Source: Sedimentisphaeraceae bacterium JB056 (GTDB taxonomy: Bacteria; Planctomycetota; Phycisphaerae; Sedimentisphaerales; Sedimentisphaeraceae). Taken from it: a stretch of 64,000 nt of DNA. The notes beneath the pieces were generated by a model. That model saw only the letters and a program-made list of their open reading frames with translations, ran no database searches and was not told where the DNA came from. The DNA lies in NCBI GenBank assembly GCA_044440125.1, contig JBITAJ010000015.1, positions 192,001 to 256,000 of the forward strand, in the 5' to 3' direction. Positions 38,567 through 48,452 of the stretch are shown here, one piece after another (the stretch's first letter is position 1; the number at the start of each line of letters is the position of its first letter). Both the position numbers and the translations under genes were made by a program.

Positions 38567-39898
38567 TTATAATGTAAACATTTCGTAATGTATCCTGCTA
38601 TTGTCTATATCAAGTTGATGTAAACAGCTGATTACAGCATCCATCATTGGAGGCGGCCCGCAAAGATATACGTGAGCATCTCTCATTATTTCCGAGGCAT
38701 GTTTGTCTATAATGTGTTGATTTATGTATCCTTTTTCCCCGTTCCAATCTTCTGACGGATCTTTGAGTATAAATACCGTTTTGAAGTTTTCAGGTAGACT
38801 TTCAAGTTCTTCGCGGCAAATAATGTCTTTTTCTTGGTTGTTTGCATATAAAAGAGTTACAGGGCGTTTATCACCTGTTTCTCTAAGACATCTTATCATG
38901 CTTAGCGCTGGGGTTATCCCTACTCCGCCTGCAATGAATAATATTTTCTCTGCTTTATGATAGATGTAACTGAATCGTCCGAAAGGAGCTTCTATTCTGG
39001 CTTTGTCACCAAGTTTGGTTTTATTTATGGTATTAGTGAAATTGCCAGACTCTTTTATTGTTGCTTCCAGAGTACCGTCCTGCAATGGAGAGGCAGAAAT
39101 AGTGAAAGGATGAATTTCTGGTTTTTGTCCAGGACGTATAAGCTTAAGAAACATGAATTGTCCGGGATTTCTATTTATGGTTATATTTTTTTCAGGTTTT
39201 AGAGATAGAGTGTAGGTGTTATGTGTTTCCTGACTGACTTTATCTACAATATATTTCTTCCTTATAAATGGTACGATGAAGTTACGATAGCAAAATACAG
39301 CTATTGCAGAAAAGAAAATTGCGTACCAGAATACCCTTATCGCAAATGAGCTCTTTATATGCGGTCCGATAACGATGCCGTGAAAGAATGCAAAGATGAT
39401 GATGAAAATCATTGATTTGTGCAGAAAATGCCACACATTATAATCGATCTTCAGTTTTCTGAAAAACAAGGCGAAAAGTATGCCCAGCAGAAGAATCAGT
39501 AACGCTGCTTTGCCGAGATTGACTTTCCATGAGGTGCTGAAACTGAAAAGAGTCCAGCTTTTGTGATGAAGAGCTATTAATATCGGATGGGACAGCAGCA
39601 ATACAAGTGCTGTTATTGCCATTGTCTTATGAAATTTCATCACCATATCAATTCCAAATGGTCGATTGATATTCCTGAATCTGCCCGCAAGAAAAATTTG
39701 TAAGCATAAGAGATTGAAGCCGGTTAATGCTATCATGAGGGCGGTATTTACCATTAAAGGTTCATCTACTGGCGGAGAGGTCAATTTAATTATAAGAACA
39801 GGTATGATGGCAATAACGCAATATGCTATGATTAAGCATAGTCCCCATGCAGATGAATCCTGCCACCCAAGTTTAGGCTTGTATTGCTGAGGTTCCAT
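38567..39898 (-). CDS. ferric-reductase-like TM protein with FAD/NAD-binding domain
   Basis: about 6 TM helices with His pairs (FHK..SHP, LHK..FHG); PGQF, HPFTISASP, PFGRF, AGGVGITP, YLCGPPPMM. Confidence 0.88.
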   Translation of the reverse strand: MEPQQYKPKLGWQDSSAWGLCLIIAYCVIAIIPVLIIKLTSPPVDEPLMVNTALMIALTGFNLLCLQIFLAGRFRNINRPFGIDMVMKFHKTMAITALVLLLSHPILIALHHKSWTLFSFSTSWKVNLGKAALLILLLGILFALFFRKLKIDYNVWHFLHKSMIFIIIFAFFHGIVIGPHIKSSFAIRVFWYAIFFSAIAVFCYRNFIVPFIRKKYIVDKVSQETHNTYTLSLKPEKNITINRNPGQFMFLKLIRPGQKPEIHPFTISASPLQDGTLEATIKESGNFTNTINKTKLGDKARIEAPFGRFSYIYHKAEKILFIAGGVGITPALSMIRCLRETGDKRPVTLLYANNQEKDIICREELESLPENFKTVFILKDPSEDWNGEKGYINQHIIDKHASEIMRDAHVYLCGPPPMMDAVISCLHQLDIDNSRIHYEMFTL

Positions 39899-39921
39899 AT
39901 TCTCTCCTTTGTAACCGAGTT

Positions 39922-41343
39922 TTAATTCATATCCATCTTCATTTTTTCATGATCTTTATGACTTGTCTTATTTTGCGGCATATCGGAGGTGTCGATCTTT
40001 ATGCCGTCACGTTCAAGTTGTTCTTTTGAAGCTTTGCTGGCGACAGTCTTGTTTGGGAATTTGTATGGCCCCGGATATTCGTAGTTGTCGATGTCTTCAC
40101 GAACCATCAGTATATTGGCCATGCTTCCGAGCACCGTCTGACCGAATTGCCCCTTGTAGCCGCGCATCGGTATACTGTTTTCGGGCAATGGCATTCCTGT
40201 TCGGGTCATATCTTTCATTCCCGATGTCCCCATTGTCATGTAGCCGGGTATCAACTCCTGCATCTGTTCGTCAAAACCTTCTTTTTCAAAACCGAGCATA
40301 TTAGGGAAGCCGTGGCCCATCTGGGTCATTGTATGGTGAGTCATGTGGCAGTGAAATAACCAATCTCCCGGGTTGTCAGCAACGAATTCGACTACTTTTG
40401 CCGAACCGACCTGAACGAGAACTGTTGTCTCAGGAAGAAGTTTTGATTTATCTTCTGCCCAGCCACCGTCGCTGCCTATTATCTTAAATGCGTAGCCGTG
40501 AAGATGAATAGGGTGGTGATCCATGGCGCTGAGATTACCGTATCTTATCCATACCTTATCACCCAGTTTTGCAACAAGTGGCTGGGTTGCAGGCATTGCC
40601 TTGCCGTTCATGGTCAGTACGTTGAAGTCGGACATTTCGAGTGGGTTCGGTTTTGAGGTTCCTGCATCAATACGCCATTCGTGAAGCATTATGGAAAAAT
40701 CTCTGTCGGGGCGTTTTTCTTCATCCGGTTGGCGTTCATGCACTATTATCATTCCCGTCATTCCCATTCCCTCCTGCGTCATAGAGTCGAAATGCGGATG
40801 GTACATAAACGTTCCAGAATCGGGGAATATGAATTCGTAGACGAATGTTTCACCGGGTTGAATTGCCGGTTGAGTCAGACCGCTTACACCGTCCATGCCG
40901 CAAGGAAGCAGCACGCCGTGCCAGTGAACAGACGTTGGAGCAGGCAGCTTGTTGGTAACATATATTCTGACTTTATCGCCTTCTGCCAGCTCTATCATAG
41001 GTCCCGGTACCATGCCGTTATATCCCCAGGTTTTTATAAAAAGTCCCTCGGCTACCTGCCACTCGATAGGCTCAGCGGTGAGATGGAACACTTTGACACC
41101 GTCTTTTATTTTGTATTTTGCTTTTTGGCCGTTAGGTACGACTGCAGGTGTGTAGTCTTTAACTGGTTCACCGGGCGGTAGGTCTTGCTGTGCGGCCTGG
41201 GCCCAAGGACGCGGCGGGTCGGCCTGCGGGGGCGGCATGAGAGTTGGTGAATTCTGTCCGTTATCTTTCGCCCTGACGTAAAAAGATATAGTGCAAATTA
41301 TTAAGACTATTGTTGCGATTGTTTTTTTGTTTATATCAAACAT
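39922..41343 (-). CDS. multicopper oxidase (two-domain type)
   Basis: HWHG, YHPH, HPIHLHG, HCHMTHHTM; Met/His-rich tail; ATG 41343 with AAAGGGA RBS. Confidence 0.9.
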   Translation of the reverse strand: MFDINKKTIATIVLIICTISFYVRAKDNGQNSPTLMPPPQADPPRPWAQAAQQDLPPGEPVKDYTPAVVPNGQKAKYKIKDGVKVFHLTAEPIEWQVAEGLFIKTWGYNGMVPGPMIELAEGDKVRIYVTNKLPAPTSVHWHGVLLPCGMDGVSGLTQPAIQPGETFVYEFIFPDSGTFMYHPHFDSMTQEGMGMTGMIIVHERQPDEEKRPDRDFSIMLHEWRIDAGTSKPNPLEMSDFNVLTMNGKAMPATQPLVAKLGDKVWIRYGNLSAMDHHPIHLHGYAFKIIGSDGGWAEDKSKLLPETTVLVQVGSAKVVEFVADNPGDWLFHCHMTHHTMTQMGHGFPNMLGFEKEGFDEQMQELIPGYMTMGTSGMKDMTRTGMPLPENSIPMRGYKGQFGQTVLGSMANILMVREDIDNYEYPGPYKFPNKTVASKASKEQLERDGIKIDTSDMPQNKTSHKDHEKMKMDMN

Positions 41344-41368
41344 TAATGTTTCCCTTTGTTGCTTTTTA

Positions 41369-42787
41369 TCAATGCCCACCGGAACCTTCAGACATCTGTT
41401 GACCACTGCTGAAACTGACACCGGAATTCTTTATAAGATGTCCGTCAAGCAGCAGTTCAAGTTCGGTTCTGGCAAGCCAGTAGTTTTGTATTGTCTCTAT
41501 GTAACTTCTTTGAGAGTCGTATTCCATTCTTTTGGCATTAAGCAGATCGAAGACGCCCAGTTGCATTGCATTGTATTGAAGCTGGGTTTCAAGGAATATT
41601 TTTTCGGAAAGAGGGACTATGACTTGTTTGTAGTAGTCGGCCTGCTGTCTGGCGTTTTGAAGCCGGTATCGTGCGGAGCGGCTTGTTGCTCTTATCTCGA
41701 TTGCAAGGGCGGTATATTCGTTCCAGAGTTGCTTTATTTTTGCAGCTCCGGCAGCTTTTCGAGCCTGCCCTGTATCAAAGATGGGTATGCCAATAGCTGC
41801 GGTAGGGCCTATTGACCATGTCCCGTCAGGTTCGCGTTCAGCTTCAATCCCTGTTGCAAGCTCGGGAAATACCAGCGTTGAGATATCAATATCGGTTTGA
41901 GCGGCAACAGCCTCCATTTTTCTGTGAGCTATTATAAGGTCAAGACTGTTTTTTAACGCTGCTTGTTCAATATTCTTTACATCCATTTTATCTGTTGGAA
42001 TATCCGGGAGTTTTTCTTTAGTTTCCCAATTTGTGTTTTTCCCCCACAAACCCATTAATTTATTAAGCTCTTCTCGTTGTTCAAGCATTTTTGTGTGTGA
42101 AGATGTAACTTCTATTTTTGACTGTTCATAGATACTTCGTCTGGCGATGAGTTCAAGTTCGGTTATATTTCCAGCATCTTTCAGGCGTTTGGCAGCCTCG
42201 TAGTATAGACCGGCTGCTTTTGATATCAGCAAATTTGTGTTATATGTCTGAAACGCTCCCTGATATGAGAAGAATGCCATCTGTGCTTGGGAGGCAAGGT
42301 TCATTACTTCGGAAGTTACCATTGCTTTTACAAGGTCGAAATTTGCCTGCTGCCGTTCAACTCTCAAGTCTATAAGAAGGATGTCGAGAAAATCCTGTGC
42401 CGCACCCATTCCCAATATATAGTCGTTGCCAGATCCTTCTACAAACTTTAATGAAGCATCGAAAACAGGGTTTTTGAGCAGTCCTGCCTGTACCAGTCGG
42501 GCCTGAGCAACACCCAGCCGCTCATAAAATGCCTGTATTTTGGGGTTATTCAGCAAGGCAATTTGTACCGCCTGATCGGCAGTTATGCTTCCTTTGAGCA
42601 TTTTCTGTACTTTTTGCTCAACAGCTTTATCTTCTTTGCTTTGCGTATTCCAGCTTATGTAATGGCCCGTTCGCCCGTATATATCCTTTTGTATATCACT
42701 GAACGCAGCGGAAGGATCTGTGGATACATCTGAACAGCCCGCGATATAGATAAGCAAAATTAACATTAATGGTTTTGCTATACGCAT
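41369..42787 (-). CDS. TolC-family outer-membrane lipoprotein (copper-cluster type)
   Basis: lipobox IAG-C; AVQIALLNNP, VQAGLLKNP, IPIFDTGQ, QYNAMQLGVFDLL, YWLARTEL. Confidence 0.85.
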   Translation of the reverse strand: MRIAKPLMLILLIYIAGCSDVSTDPSAAFSDIQKDIYGRTGHYISWNTQSKEDKAVEQKVQKMLKGSITADQAVQIALLNNPKIQAFYERLGVAQARLVQAGLLKNPVFDASLKFVEGSGNDYILGMGAAQDFLDILLIDLRVERQQANFDLVKAMVTSEVMNLASQAQMAFFSYQGAFQTYNTNLLISKAAGLYYEAAKRLKDAGNITELELIARRSIYEQSKIEVTSSHTKMLEQREELNKLMGLWGKNTNWETKEKLPDIPTDKMDVKNIEQAALKNSLDLIIAHRKMEAVAAQTDIDISTLVFPELATGIEAEREPDGTWSIGPTAAIGIPIFDTGQARKAAGAAKIKQLWNEYTALAIEIRATSRSARYRLQNARQQADYYKQVIVPLSEKIFLETQLQYNAMQLGVFDLLNAKRMEYDSQRSYIETIQNYWLARTELELLLDGHLIKNSGVSFSSGQQMSEGSGGH

Positions 42788-42837
42788 TAATTTCCTTTCA
42801 TTCAAATAAATAATTTATAGTTGAACTCGACTGGACG

Positions 42838-43038
42838 TTATTTTTTGTTGAATTCCGACGGCTTTTTCGGAATATCGTTACGATCTATAACGAGTTCTGC
42901 CGGTTCAAGGTGCAGGGCAGTCTCCTCGCTGGTTGTAACTGCTGGATGACCTTCACTGGCTTGAGGAACCTCGGCATATCTGCAGCCGTTTAGTGAAAGC
43001 GACAGTAACAACAGCAACGAAATGATAAAATATCTCAT
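42838..43038 (-). CDS. small lipoprotein, first gene of the copper module
   Basis: AAAGGA RBS; lipobox LNG-C; HPA motif. Confidence 0.65.
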   Translation of the reverse strand: MRYFIISLLLLLSLSLNGCRYAEVPQASEGHPAVTTSEETALHLEPAELVIDRNDIPKKPSEFNKK

Positions 43039-43375
43039 AAGTTAATTTTCCTTTCTAATTAATCGTTCTTTCAACTGATTATAAGGGGATTAAGGTCCAT
43101 TTATAATAAGGAGATACCTGAAATCCAGTAATATAAATCCTTACATCAACTGTTTGTCCAATTTTGGGTTTGATATTGCAGTGTAAAAAGATCTATAATT
43201 TTTGAACTTTAACTTAGATTTTATGTAAATATTTGTATCTGCGGGGTTTTTATGGTAGAATTTCGAATCAAAATGATTTTAAGGGGATTCTGGCCGCAAG
43301 ATATTGTGGATTTCAGTGTTCTGTTTTTATATCGATAGTGGACGTTAACAATAATTGAATGGAAAAGTATTTTAG

Positions 43376-45496
43376 ATGAACGAAAATAAACTGAATAAGA
43401 TATTACCTTTATTAATAGTTTTCGGTATTCTCGGCTATTTAGTAGTCCAAAACTGGGAGGTTGCCGGTAATATTATTGTCGCATTGCTTGGTTTTGGTAT
43501 GCTTGTCTTTGTTCATGAGCTTGGGCATTTTCTTGCGGCGAGAAAAAATGATGTTGAATGTGAAGCATTTGCTATCGGTATGGCGATTGGTACGCCGTTT
43601 TTGATTGGCGTTAAAAAGGTTCAAAAAGGATGGAGATTACGAATTCTGCCAAAAACATCCGGTGTTAAGGATGAATTTGCGGAGGATGACTGTCTTGCTA
43701 TGATGAATATCGGTTCAGGTATTGGACAGGGTGACACTGAGTATTGTCTTGGGCCGCTTCCTATTGGCGGATTTGTGAAAATGGTAGGTCAGGATGACAG
43801 TGGTCCTGTTGATCTTGAAAATGATGATAATCCGCGTTCTTTCGCTAACAAGAGCGTTGGTGCAAGGATGATGATAACCTCAGCGGGTGTGCTTGCTAAT
43901 ATATTTACGGCATTTCTGATTTTCCTCGGTCTCGCTTTCTACGGAATAGAAAGAGTTCCGGCGATTGTCGGTGATGTTGTTGATGGTTATCCTGCTGCTG
44001 AGGCAGGTCTGCAGCCTGGAGATGAGATAATTGAGATAGCGGGCAAAAGCCGTATGGTTGGGGGTAAAAGCAATCTGGATTTCACTCATTTGGCATTGGC
44101 TCCGATGCTTGGTAAAAGAGACGAGCCTATCGAAATGAAGGTAAAAAGCCCTGAAGGTGAAATTAGAGAGCTTGCGATTGTACCAGCAGAGATGGTAAAT
44201 GGTAATTATGGTTTTGGTATTGAAAAACCTTCAGTATTGAGACTTGCAAATATCGCTGACGATGATGGATATTATGAAGAAATTGGGCTTAACCCTGATG
44301 ACGAAGTCTATGCCGTCAATGGTGAGCCGGTTACAAGTACAAATGAATTTGACAAAATAGTAGAAGGCATTTGTGCTCAAAGTGTTACAATTTCTGCAAG
44401 AAGAGATATTGTGGGCGAGAATACATTCGAGGCCGTATCAACGGAAATAGAAATGACTTATTCTCCCGGTGTTTTTGAAGATGATAAACTTGGGCTTGCA
44501 AATATCTGTTCTTTGGTGCCGTTGCTCAAAATAGAGGGTGGTCCAGCTATGGCATCAGGAAGTGAAAAAGATCCTGTTACTAACGAAAAATTTGCGGAGG
44601 ATGATCTTATTGTTAAGGTTGGGGATGTTGATTATCCAACTTTCCTTGAGTTTAGAGAGGTCGTCGAATCCTATCGTAATAGACAGATGCCGGTAAAGGT
44701 TTTGAGGAAGGCATCTGATGGTCAGCGAGTATTGGCTGATGTTCTTGTTACTCCAAAGGCGGAAAATAAAGAAGACAGGCCTCTTATTGGTGTATTATTT
44801 AATTTAGATATGTCTGGTAATTTTATCAGCGGAGTTGTTGATTCGCAGACCATACCTGCCGGAGCAAAAATAGTAAGCGTCAATGGTGCGGCTGTCTCTA
44901 ATTTCTTTGATATAGCCAAGTTAGTGAAAGAGGGCGACGAAACTATAGAAGTCGGTTATATTGCAGATGGCTCAGAGGAAATCGCAAATGCTTCTATTGA
45001 GATTGATAAAGCTAAGCCTGTTGAAGTTTCTGGTTCTTTGAAAATGCCGATACCTTTTGATGATTACAGGCGTATGTATAAGGCTGGTAATCCTATTGAG
45101 GCCTTTCAAATGGGCGGATATCTCATACTTGATATGGTGGATCAGGCGGTTTCGAGCTTGAAGGGATTGTTGCTCAAACGTGTTTCTGCTGATGAGATGA
45201 GTGGTCCTGTCGGTATCGCGAGAATAAGCTATAGAATTGTTCAGCAGAGGGATTTGGCGTTTTTCCTTTACTTCCTTGGGATGATAAGTTGTTTCCTTGC
45301 GGTATTCAACTTCCTGCCGATTCCTGTTGTAGACGGCGGATTATTCGTACTTCTTGTGATTGAGAAGATAAAGGGCTCTCCTGTGAGCTTTACAGTCCAA
45401 AAATATCTTGTTTATATTGGACTTGGATTATTGGGCGCATTGTTTATCTTTGTGACGTTCAATGACATATTGAAGATTGCTAAGGGAATGCTCTAA
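43376..45496 (+). CDS. rseP: site-2 protease RseP with multiple PDZ domains
   Basis: HELGH, PIGGFVKM, AGVLAN, PAAEAGLQPGD, SGPVGI, NFLPIPVVDGG. Confidence 0.9.
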   Translation: MNENKLNKILPLLIVFGILGYLVVQNWEVAGNIIVALLGFGMLVFVHELGHFLAARKNDVECEAFAIGMAIGTPFLIGVKKVQKGWRLRILPKTSGVKDEFAEDDCLAMMNIGSGIGQGDTEYCLGPLPIGGFVKMVGQDDSGPVDLENDDNPRSFANKSVGARMMITSAGVLANIFTAFLIFLGLAFYGIERVPAIVGDVVDGYPAAEAGLQPGDEIIEIAGKSRMVGGKSNLDFTHLALAPMLGKRDEPIEMKVKSPEGEIRELAIVPAEMVNGNYGFGIEKPSVLRLANIADDDGYYEEIGLNPDDEVYAVNGEPVTSTNEFDKIVEGICAQSVTISARRDIVGENTFEAVSTEIEMTYSPGVFEDDKLGLANICSLVPLLKIEGGPAMASGSEKDPVTNEKFAEDDLIVKVGDVDYPTFLEFREVVESYRNRQMPVKVLRKASDGQRVLADVLVTPKAENKEDRPLIGVLFNLDMSGNFISGVVDSQTIPAGAKIVSVNGAAVSNFFDIAKLVKEGDETIEVGYIADGSEEIANASIEIDKAKPVEVSGSLKMPIPFDDYRRMYKAGNPIEAFQMGGYLILDMVDQAVSSLKGLLLKRVSADEMSGPVGIARISYRIVQQRDLAFFLYFLGMISCFLAVFNFLPIPVVDGGLFVLLVIEKIKGSPVSFTVQKYLVYIGLGLLGALFIFVTFNDILKIAKGML

Positions 45497-45508
45497 CAGG
45501 AGATTGTT

Positions 45509-46444
45509 TTGGATAAACTTCCCTTTGTATCTGTTGTTGTACCAGTTTATAACTCTGCGGGTTTTATTGAAAAACTTCTTGATAACCTGCTCGCGCAGGA
45601 TTATCCCAAGCATCTGCATGAGATTATAATTGTTGATAATCATTCCAGGGATAACACAAAAGACATAATAGGGAAATATCCATTCATTCTTGCTGAAGAA
45701 AATGAAATTCAGAGTTCTTACGCGGCAAGAAATAAGGGCTTGGAGATTGCCAAAGGTGAGGTTGTTGCCTTTACTGACGCGGATTGTCAGCCTTTGGTAG
45801 AATGGCTGTCTGAGGGAGTGAGGACTTTGCTCGACAGCAATGCCGATGTGGTTGCAGGTAACGTGAAATTTATATATTCAGAGAAACCTACAGCCGCAGA
45901 GATTTATGATTCCATTACTCACATGCAGATGGAGTCGGAAGTCAAAGAGAAGGGGGTTGCGCCTACAGCAAACTTATTTATCAAGCGTGAGATGTTTGAA
46001 AAAATAGGCGTGTTTGACAGTCGTGTTAAGTCTGGCGGAGACGTGCAGTGGACACGAAAAGCTACAACAAGCGGCTATCAACTTGTATATTCTGAGAAAG
46101 CTGCTGTGAAACACCCAACGCGAAATTTGGCTCAATTCACAAAAAAGGTTATGCGTACAGGCGCTGGCAGAATCCATGCAAGATTAGCAGCAGGGCATTC
46201 TGTCATACACGAGTTTTTTTATACACCATATGCGATATTTTTCAAGATTCATCTTAATAAGGATATGCTTAAAAGACGTTTTGAAGAACGAGGTTTGAGC
46301 CAGAGAGAGGTTCGGTTCTGGAAAGTATGCAGTGTCGGTCTGTTCACTAATTTTATTTCTCATGTGGCAACTCTTGTTGAATTTTTCCGTATTTTTCCGC
46401 TGATACTTTGCAAGAAGTATAAGGTTCGCAAGCATGAAAAATAG
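45509..46444 (+). CDS. glycosyltransferase family 2
   Basis: VSVVVPVYN, IVDNHSRD, ARNKG, FTDADC. Confidence 0.9.
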   Translation: MDKLPFVSVVVPVYNSAGFIEKLLDNLLAQDYPKHLHEIIIVDNHSRDNTKDIIGKYPFILAEENEIQSSYAARNKGLEIAKGEVVAFTDADCQPLVEWLSEGVRTLLDSNADVVAGNVKFIYSEKPTAAEIYDSITHMQMESEVKEKGVAPTANLFIKREMFEKIGVFDSRVKSGGDVQWTRKATTSGYQLVYSEKAAVKHPTRNLAQFTKKVMRTGAGRIHARLAAGHSVIHEFFYTPYAIFFKIHLNKDMLKRRFEERGLSQREVRFWKVCSVGLFTNFISHVATLVEFFRIFPLILCKKYKVRKHEK

Positions 46445-47435
46445 ATTAACTATATCAGCCGTTATCCCTGCTTATAATAATGGCAAATATATATCGAGGG
46501 CTATAGAGAGTGTGTTGTCGCAGACTTATCCTGTTTGTGAGGTTATTGTTGTTGACGATGGCTCTACAGATGAGACAAAAGCCGTTGTAGCCGAATTTGG
46601 TGATCAGGTACGTTATATTTATAAGGAAAATGGAGGAGCAAGCTCTGCGAGAAATGCCGGAATAATGGCAGCAAAAGGAGAATGGATAGCTTTTCTTGAT
46701 AGTGATGATCAGTGGCTTGAAAACAGAGTTAATGACCAGGTCGAATTATTGAGTAGGAATCCATCATTGAACTGGGTATGTTCGAATTATATTACTTGCT
46801 TGTGTCTTAATGGACAACAGTCCCCGTATAATCCTGTTAGAAAAGTTGATCGCATACTTAATGGATCGGAAAGCATAAACTATTACAATGCTTTTATAAA
46901 TGGAATTCTTACTTGGACAGGTACTATGCTTATAAAGCGTAGTACGCTGGTTGAATCTGGCTGTTTTGATCCGGACTTGAGAGTAGGTGAGGATCTTGAT
47001 ATGTGGTGGAGGATTGCATGCCGGTGGCCTGAAATTGGTGTTGTTGCTGAGCCCGGTGCCATTTATCATATGCAGGTTGAAGGCAGTATAACAAAGGCAA
47101 AATTTCCTGCTGCTCTTTATTGTGAACTTATACTGAGGCATCGTGGAATTGCCGAGGAATATGGCCATAGGCCGGAATTTGATAAAATGGCCTCTTTTAT
47201 GGTAAAGAGATGGCTTAGGTCAATGCTGCTTCACCGACAGAGAGCAGATGACGTGCGATTTTTGCTTTCTGAATTAAAAGTGGTGATACCTTTATGGTAC
47301 CAAATCCTTATCCGTACCGCAGTTTTTTGGCCACATGGAACAGAGTCTTTGCTGAGATCAATTTCACGTTTTTTGCGTTTGACCAAGCTGAGAAAGCGTT
47401 TGGTGCCGCCTCCGGATAAAATGAATAGGAAATAA
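46434..47435 (+). CDS. glycosyltransferase family 2
   Basis: VIPAYN, VDDGSTD, ARNAGI, FLDSDD, GEDLD. Confidence 0.92.
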   Translation: MKNRLTISAVIPAYNNGKYISRAIESVLSQTYPVCEVIVVDDGSTDETKAVVAEFGDQVRYIYKENGGASSARNAGIMAAKGEWIAFLDSDDQWLENRVNDQVELLSRNPSLNWVCSNYITCLCLNGQQSPYNPVRKVDRILNGSESINYYNAFINGILTWTGTMLIKRSTLVESGCFDPDLRVGEDLDMWWRIACRWPEIGVVAEPGAIYHMQVEGSITKAKFPAALYCELILRHRGIAEEYGHRPEFDKMASFMVKRWLRSMLLHRQRADDVRFLLSELKVVIPLWYQILIRTAVFWPHGTESLLRSISRFLRLTKLRKRLVPPPDKMNRK

Positions 47436-47536
47436 ATTTAATCTCGCTATTTAGGCTAACCCCTCTTTTGATGCATTAAACCGCTTTTTGTTGAGATATA
47501 ATGATAAAAAAATGAAAAAGAAGCGAAATTTTCAAC

Positions 47537-47572
47537 AAAAGACTTGCTGAGCGGAAGTCTTTTTTGTATAGT
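47537..47572 (+). promoter_or_regulatory. putative HU promoter overlapped by inverted repeat
   Basis: TTGCTG-17 bp-TATAGT; AAAAGACTT...AAGTCTTTT (47537-47563) spans the -35. Confidence 0.5.
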
Positions 47573-47652
47573 GGTTTACAAGATAAAGTTTTATAGTTTA
47601 AGAAGTCAATAGAAATAGGTATGTCTCAAGGTTGCGTAGGCAAGAGGTTATA

Positions 47653-47940
47653 ATGTCAACAGTAACAAAAAAAGAATTGATCGATAGAATTGCGGATTCC
47701 ACTCAGGAGAAGAGAATAGTTGTTAAGAAGGTTGTTCAGACATTTCTCGATGAGATTATTGATGAACTTTCTAAGAATAACAGACTTGAGTTCAGGGATT
47801 TTGGTGTTTTTGAGACTCGTGAAAGAGCATCTCGTATGGCACAGAATCCTAAGACACTTGAAAGAGTGCAAGTTCCTTCCAAACGTACAGTTAAGTTCAA
47901 AATGGGCAGGCTTATGAAGGTTAAGGTTGGCGGCGAATAA
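47653..47940 (+). CDS. HU/IHF family DNA-binding protein
   Basis: TKKELID, LEFRDFGVF, AQNPKT, VKFKMG; ATG 47653 with GAGG RBS. Confidence 0.93.
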   Translation: MSTVTKKELIDRIADSTQEKRIVVKKVVQTFLDEIIDELSKNNRLEFRDFGVFETRERASRMAQNPKTLERVQVPSKRTVKFKMGRLMKVKVGGE

Positions 47941-47996
47941 ATTTCGTTTGCTAACGATAGTTTCATAAAATACAAATAAATTTTGTACAAGCCTTT

Positions 47997-48040
47997 AAAA
48001 AGACCGCCTTTCTGATATAATGTTGAACGGTGGTTTTTTT
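47997..48040 (+). terminator. terminator-like hairpin after HU, with TGATATAAT in its loop
   Basis: AAAAAGACCGCC...GGTGGTTTTTTT. Confidence 0.5.
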
Positions 48041-48079
48041 ATTGAAATATTTAACTGTAATCACAAGTAAGGGTGTCAA

Positions 48080-48286
48080 ATGTCAACTGGTGAAGTAATC
48101 TGGTTTGACAAGACGAAGGGCTACGGCTTCATTGCGGTTGAAGGCAGTCAGGATGTTTTCGTGCATCATTCCACGATTTCATCTGACGTGGCTAAAAGCC
48201 TTAAAACCGGCGTGAAGGTGTCTTTCGATGTCAAGAAAGGTGAGAAAGGTCTCACTGCCAGCGAAGTCTCAGTAATCGTATCATGA
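48080..48286 (+). CDS. cold-shock domain protein
   Basis: WFDKTKGYGFI (RNP1), DVFVHHS (RNP2). Confidence 0.93.
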   Translation: MSTGEVIWFDKTKGYGFIAVEGSQDVFVHHSTISSDVAKSLKTGVKVSFDVKKGEKGLTASEVSVIVS

Positions 48287-48296
48287 ATTGAATTTA

Positions 48297-48340
48297 AGGC
48301 TGCGAGAAGCATTTAATGTTTTTCGCAGCCTATTTTTTTT
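48297..48340 (+). terminator. intrinsic terminator after csp
   Basis: AGGCTGCGAGAAGCAT-TTA-ATGTTTTTCGCAGCCT followed by A and T8. Confidence 0.85.
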
Positions 48341-48452
48341 GAGGCTTACGCTTTAAGGAGAAGGAAAGTCAGCCTTTCATATCCACAGAATACTGCGATA
48401 AATTGATTTCTTAGGCAGATTTTTTGTGGAACGGGGAGTAATCAGCTACTGA

